From assembly GCF_001194135.2 (NCBI RefSeq), contig NC_068982.1:71569505-71633504 (forward strand): 64,000 nt of DNA, given 5' to 3'. The position numbers and the translations under genes are program-made. The notes under the pieces were generated by a model. The model was not told the DNA's origin and did no database searches. It saw only the letters and a program-made list of their open reading frames with translations. Source of the DNA: Octopus bimaculoides. Lineage: Eukaryota. Shown one piece after another: positions 59,701 to 64,000 of the stretch. Position 1 is the stretch's first letter. Each line of letters starts with the position of its first letter.

Positions 59701-60519
59701 TTGTTCTCTCCTTTCATTTCACGCAACCTTTAATTTCATTTTTCGCAGGTCAACTCATTTTCGAGAGAGAGAGAGCTTTCCTTTTTCTCCGGGCAAGATA
59801 ATATACTTGTTGACTCTCTCTCTTTCTCTCTCCCTCTCCTTCTCTTTCTCTCTCCCTCTCCTTCTCTTTCTCTCTCCCTCTCCTTCTCTTTCTCTCTCCC
59901 TCTCCTTCTCTTTCTCTCTCTCTCTCTCCCTCTCCCCCCTGCAATTCAAGACTTGAAGTTCACTTCTTTACTTTGCTAATTTCTAACCACTCACAGATCT
60001 TGCTCACAGCCAAATTCCACAATGCACATTCAAACATCCTTCCCGGATGTTCTTGTGTGTTTATTACATCAACCGTTTTAATACCGTCGTGTATGGAATA
60101 CTTTACCATTGCTGTGAGACTGGCTGTATCGCTCAAAAATTGGTTTCTGTCTTCGTATATTAATTATTAACTTGATCGAGCAGGGCAAACCATCCATCCA
60201 TCTACTCTACGGTCAATGGATCTTACTCTTTCTTGCAGCATAACTTTTTAGCTCTTCTGATATTTATATAATTGTCATAGTTTTAATCAACTTTTAGCAA
60301 TTAGATTTGTACCTATTCGGAGCAGATAACTTAGGGCGATAGAATTGGTAGAAATCTTCGTAATAACTAGGATTCCTACCCTTTTTTTTTCTTTTTTGTT
60401 CATCCTTTCAGGGTTGATATAATATGTACCATTAATATACTAGTTGGTTCTTCCGACTTTCCCTTCATTCAAGATTGATGGCCATGTCTATAAGAAATTG
60501 CTTTTAATCTCAGATATGG

Positions 60520-60845
60520 TTGTGCGGGTAAGATGCTTGGTTTTGCAACCATGTAGTTGCATAGCAACTTGGGCAAGTGTCTTCTATAGCCTCGGACCGA
60601 TCGATGCCTTGTGAGTGATTTTGGTTAAATGGAAACTGTGTAGAAACCCGTCGTGTGTACGTAAATAGAGATATTGATTTCTTTTTGTCTCCGTTTTCTA
60701 ACAGTTCGGCAAAAAAAAAAAAACTGATCGAATAAGGAAGTACCAGACTTCATTAAAAAAGAAAATACTGGGGTTGATTTGGCTAAACCCTTCAATGCAG
60801 TGCTGCAGCGTGGCTGCAGTCCCTGTGATTCAAACAAGTAAATGT
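60520..60845 (+). mobile_element. SINE family A, diverged
   Basis: atatggttgtgcgggtaagatgcttgg head; gcttgggcaagtgtcttctatagcctcggacc body; gcagcgtggctgcagtc...aaacaagtaaa end. Confidence 0.75.
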
Positions 60846-63516
60846 TAAAAAGAAAAAGGGGCCAGTGTGGTTGTTTGAGATAGGAAAGCTACTTCTTCCT
60901 CTCCACTCTCTCTCGGTCTTATTTAGTAACGTTCCTTTCCTTTCTGAGTTCAAACCCCATAAAGTGTGACTTCATCATTTGTTTATGAAGCCCTGATAAA
61001 ATAAGTATACCATTCAAGTGAACTCATCAGCTACAAGACTACCCTCAAAATATGTGATTCTATGTCAGAGGCATCGTTATTAGTAAAGGTCTAACGTGTG
61101 ATCTCACTTTTTAGCAATTTAGAAGACTTATTTTTTCTTGGATGGGTGTAATATGGATCTAACATTTTCAGGAACTAAGTTAGTCCATAATGTTTACTTG
61201 TGCTGTATTGTGGGTTTGTTGTGTTTAAAATGGAATCTTCTCCGCGTATTGAAACAATGGAGCTGAAAGGTTTTTGTCTGGCTTTTCTCTTTGGGATATA
61301 AAGCTCAGATCTAAAATGGAAGCTAATCAACCAAAGTTATCGAATTTCCTAGATTTTGTGTGCGGGGCGGGATGGAGGGGGGTAAATATATTGTGGAGGC
61401 AGTAAATATATTGTTGACCTTCAACTTCAAGTCAGCCTTTATCGGACAAACCTATACAAGCAGAGATACTCCAGCTGTGATCACATCGTTTCTTTTTGCT
61501 TTAGCCTTTCTGTATCGAATACAACACTAATCCAATGTGCCCTTTAAGACAGTATTAGATAAATTTGATGGAGATTTGGTTGCTATTTTTAGTAGTTCGA
61601 GCGACTGCATAAATGTTCTTTCGATAGCTCAATAGACACTGAGCTGGTAGTTTCCAGTGTGGATGATGGTTGTTTTAATATTTGGTTGCCACTGGCTGCT
61701 TTCCCTGGTGTTCGTGTCTCTTGCGAAATGTTTACAAAATATTACAATTAATTAATGGGTTGGTCCTTAATGTAGAACAGTGTTTAAAATAAAATTAGAA
61801 TCCATGTAGGCATAGGTCGAACAGTTCGATACGGTCCATGACCTGTTCTGTTTCAGTTTTGATATGGTTTCTACGTTTAATGCCAACTACTTTACAGAGT
61901 TCCGAGTGAACTTTTTGTGAAACCAACACGATAGAGGTTATCCTACCATGAGTAAGACTACGTTTTCTCAACTCTGGATATGTAAATGCATGTACGAAAG
62001 TTTAATTCTTATATGAAAGACAGGTGGAGTAGCTTGTACATACACACTCTGATAATCTTGGAATATATTGTTCTCGTATTGAATCCAAATCGGGTGCAAA
62101 ATCATTTTCTGAAATGGATGCGTGAACAGTGAGGTGGGGAATTAGATAAATCAAACCTAAAGTTATTTATTCTCCACATGGAATAAGGGGAACTTAACTA
62201 ATCCTAATGAGATTTCAAATCAGGAGTAGGAAGAAAAATACGATGGAGCTTCTATTGCATAGCTCGATTTATATTATGCGATGCCATTGCAAACCAGTGT
62301 GTTGTTTATACACTATTTTTGGTACATGCGATCACGTTTTGGAAGAGACACGAGTATGTTGTTGCATTGACAAGTCGCAACAACGCTGAAATCCGAATCT
62401 GTCGCTCTCGTGGTCGCTTCCGTGGCTATTTCGTATCGCCTATCTCTGAAATATATTGTCTTTTAACACAATAAGGTCGATAAAGATTTTTTCCCGAACG
62501 AAAAGCTTCAGCTTCTGGCTTTTCAACAATACACATGCGTTAAGATTTTACGATAGAACTGCTTCTATTGTAGAATTCGAAATTTAAATACTGTAAGCTT
62601 TTGCTCGTGTGTTTATCGTTTCCTTCAACTTCATTCAGGGTGTTGGTGGAGAGAGACAGACAGACAGAACTTTAAATTCTTAGTTATGTCTCTGCCGTTT
62701 CAAATGCCACTGAGGTCAGTTTTGGCTCTTAGATTCCCGTCAGTCATTCAAATAAGTACCAATCAAATATTGGAAAGACTATTAAGTTAACTATACTGTC
62801 CCTCTCACATACACAGTATGTACATATACACTAAAAAAAAAAACAAAAAACAAATGTGGCTGTGTGCTTATGATAAAAATCGTTATTCAACAACAATAAT
62901 AATAATACCTTGACGCTCTCTTTCATTTAAAGGTACAGAAAGAAATCTTTATAGTAAAATGTTTCGTTATCGCTCAGTTTTTGTGGAACTCTTTTTACTA
63001 CCATAAAAAAAACGCATTTGGTACATTTATTATCTTGCACTGTTTGATGGTTCCGTACAAATCCTTTTACAATCGTCCTGGCTTTTTAGGAACCACCCCC
63101 CTCCACGCACATACAAACTGCCACAATACACTTTCAAGTGGAGAGGGAAGTGGTGCGGGATGGCGGATGGCTCAATTCTGCCAACGCATTATTCGCTTTT
63201 TGAGTGATGTTTATTTATATAAGGGCCCTTTCAGATCTCAGGATGATGTTCTCCTCTTTCAGGCCCATAAAAACTCTCTCTCTCTCTCTCTCTCACTCCC
63301 TCTCTCCTCTCTCTCCCTCCCCAATAGTTCGCTTGGTTTGTCTATACTTCCATTAGATTTCTTTCGCCATTGCTGTAATATGGATGCTGCCATCCTCTCC
63401 CCTCTCTTTCTCTCGTGTGTTTGTGTGTGTGTATAATACTCTTTCATAAATGTGTAATAATTTCTCTCTCACTCTCGTGTGTGTGTGTGTATTTTATGTA
63501 TATGTATATGTATATA

Positions 63517-63556
<40 letters not shown>

Positions 63557-64000
63557 CTCTCTTTCTCTCTCCCATTGTTACTATCAAACAAAACCAACCT
63601 GAGTATTTTGATCTCGTCTGTTAAGTAGCCGGTGGTTGGCATGAAGCAAATGTCAAATGCATTACAACAAAAAGATCACACAATCAGTGGAAATGAAGCA
63701 CTGAGAGAGAGAGAGATAGAGAGAATAAGTTCCAACATAAGGACAATAAGCGTTGAAACTTATATGACATAACTTACAAGGCACTGACTGGCCATAGTGT
63801 TTAGAGAGAGTTTATTTCATCTTTCATATCTTTGTTGTCTGTACTTTCCATACATACATCAATATATATCATCATGTTTTCACTACTTTCTTTCCTAAAG
63901 CTAGATTGATCTAACACGTACAAAGACGAAAGCGAGCAAAGCCAAAACTTCGAAGTCACTGTCAACCGTTTCTTATTATAAAGGTTTAAATGAATGAATA

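Larger units (their letters stand above)
1..64000 (+). other. Axin: Axin gene body (partial): four internal coding exons, with the first and last introns running off both window ends
   Basis: The spliced exons give one continuous ORF (...YGNY...APVSAQDSE...DDTVSMTDSSL|DGIP...FIP|RTDRAPK...EKFASMLIERLEKV...|SND...SILEEHCSRIW...HHHHHHHH...). It follows the order of bilaterian Axin motifs as I recall them (APATSANDSE, SLTDSSVDGIPPY, RTxRxPKE, KFAxELIxRLE, SILDEH). No RGS or DIX exon was found in the visible sequence. Confidence 0.95.

Noticed and set aside
60093-60142. MEYFTIAVRLAVSLKN as an alternative coding first exon with a phase-2 end
   Set aside because: The donor (TG|GTTTCT) is weak and the peptide is unrecognised; cannot be supported without transcripts.
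62100-62132. FLKWMREQ, resembling the expected start of the next Axin exon (xLxWM)
   Set aside because: No acceptor AG or pyrimidine tract upstream and an in-frame TGA right after; the next exon probably lies beyond 64000.

Overview
This is AT-rich, repeat-dense eukaryotic DNA with ten N gaps. The repeat families (tRNA-derived SINEs with microsatellite tails, RTE LINEs, MITEs) look like those of an octopod cephalopod; this is inferred from repeat style, not from a database hit. The window appears to lie entirely inside one + strand gene, Axin, the scaffold of the Wnt/beta-catenin destruction complex. Four internal coding exons have GT-AG sites and compatible phases: 20618-20764, 42959-43070, 44874-45020 (GSK3-binding helix) and 45678-46357 (beta-catenin-binding helix, His tract). 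The RGS/tankyrase exon and the DIX exons were not found, so they presumably lie outside the window (or in a gap). Introns are >20.6 kb, 22.2 kb, 1.8 kb, 0.66 kb and >17.6 kb. They are filled with at least five SINE modules, RTE, Tx1-like and CR1/L2-like LINE fragments, MITEs and microsatellites. Observations worth following up: two transposon-free, CpG-retaining intronic islands with TCF/LEF and helper-like motifs (possible Wnt feedback enhancers or internal promoters); beta-TrCP-like DSGxxT/E motifs in Axin; an RTE insertion with a twin-priming-type 5' inversion and target-site duplication; Tx1-like LINE ends inserted at SINE-array junctions; convergent SINE arrays that could be ADAR substrates; and a CpG-decay gradient readable from SINE copies. 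No prokaryotic-type system, CRISPR array or genuine RNA gene is supported. Most repeat boundaries are approximate.
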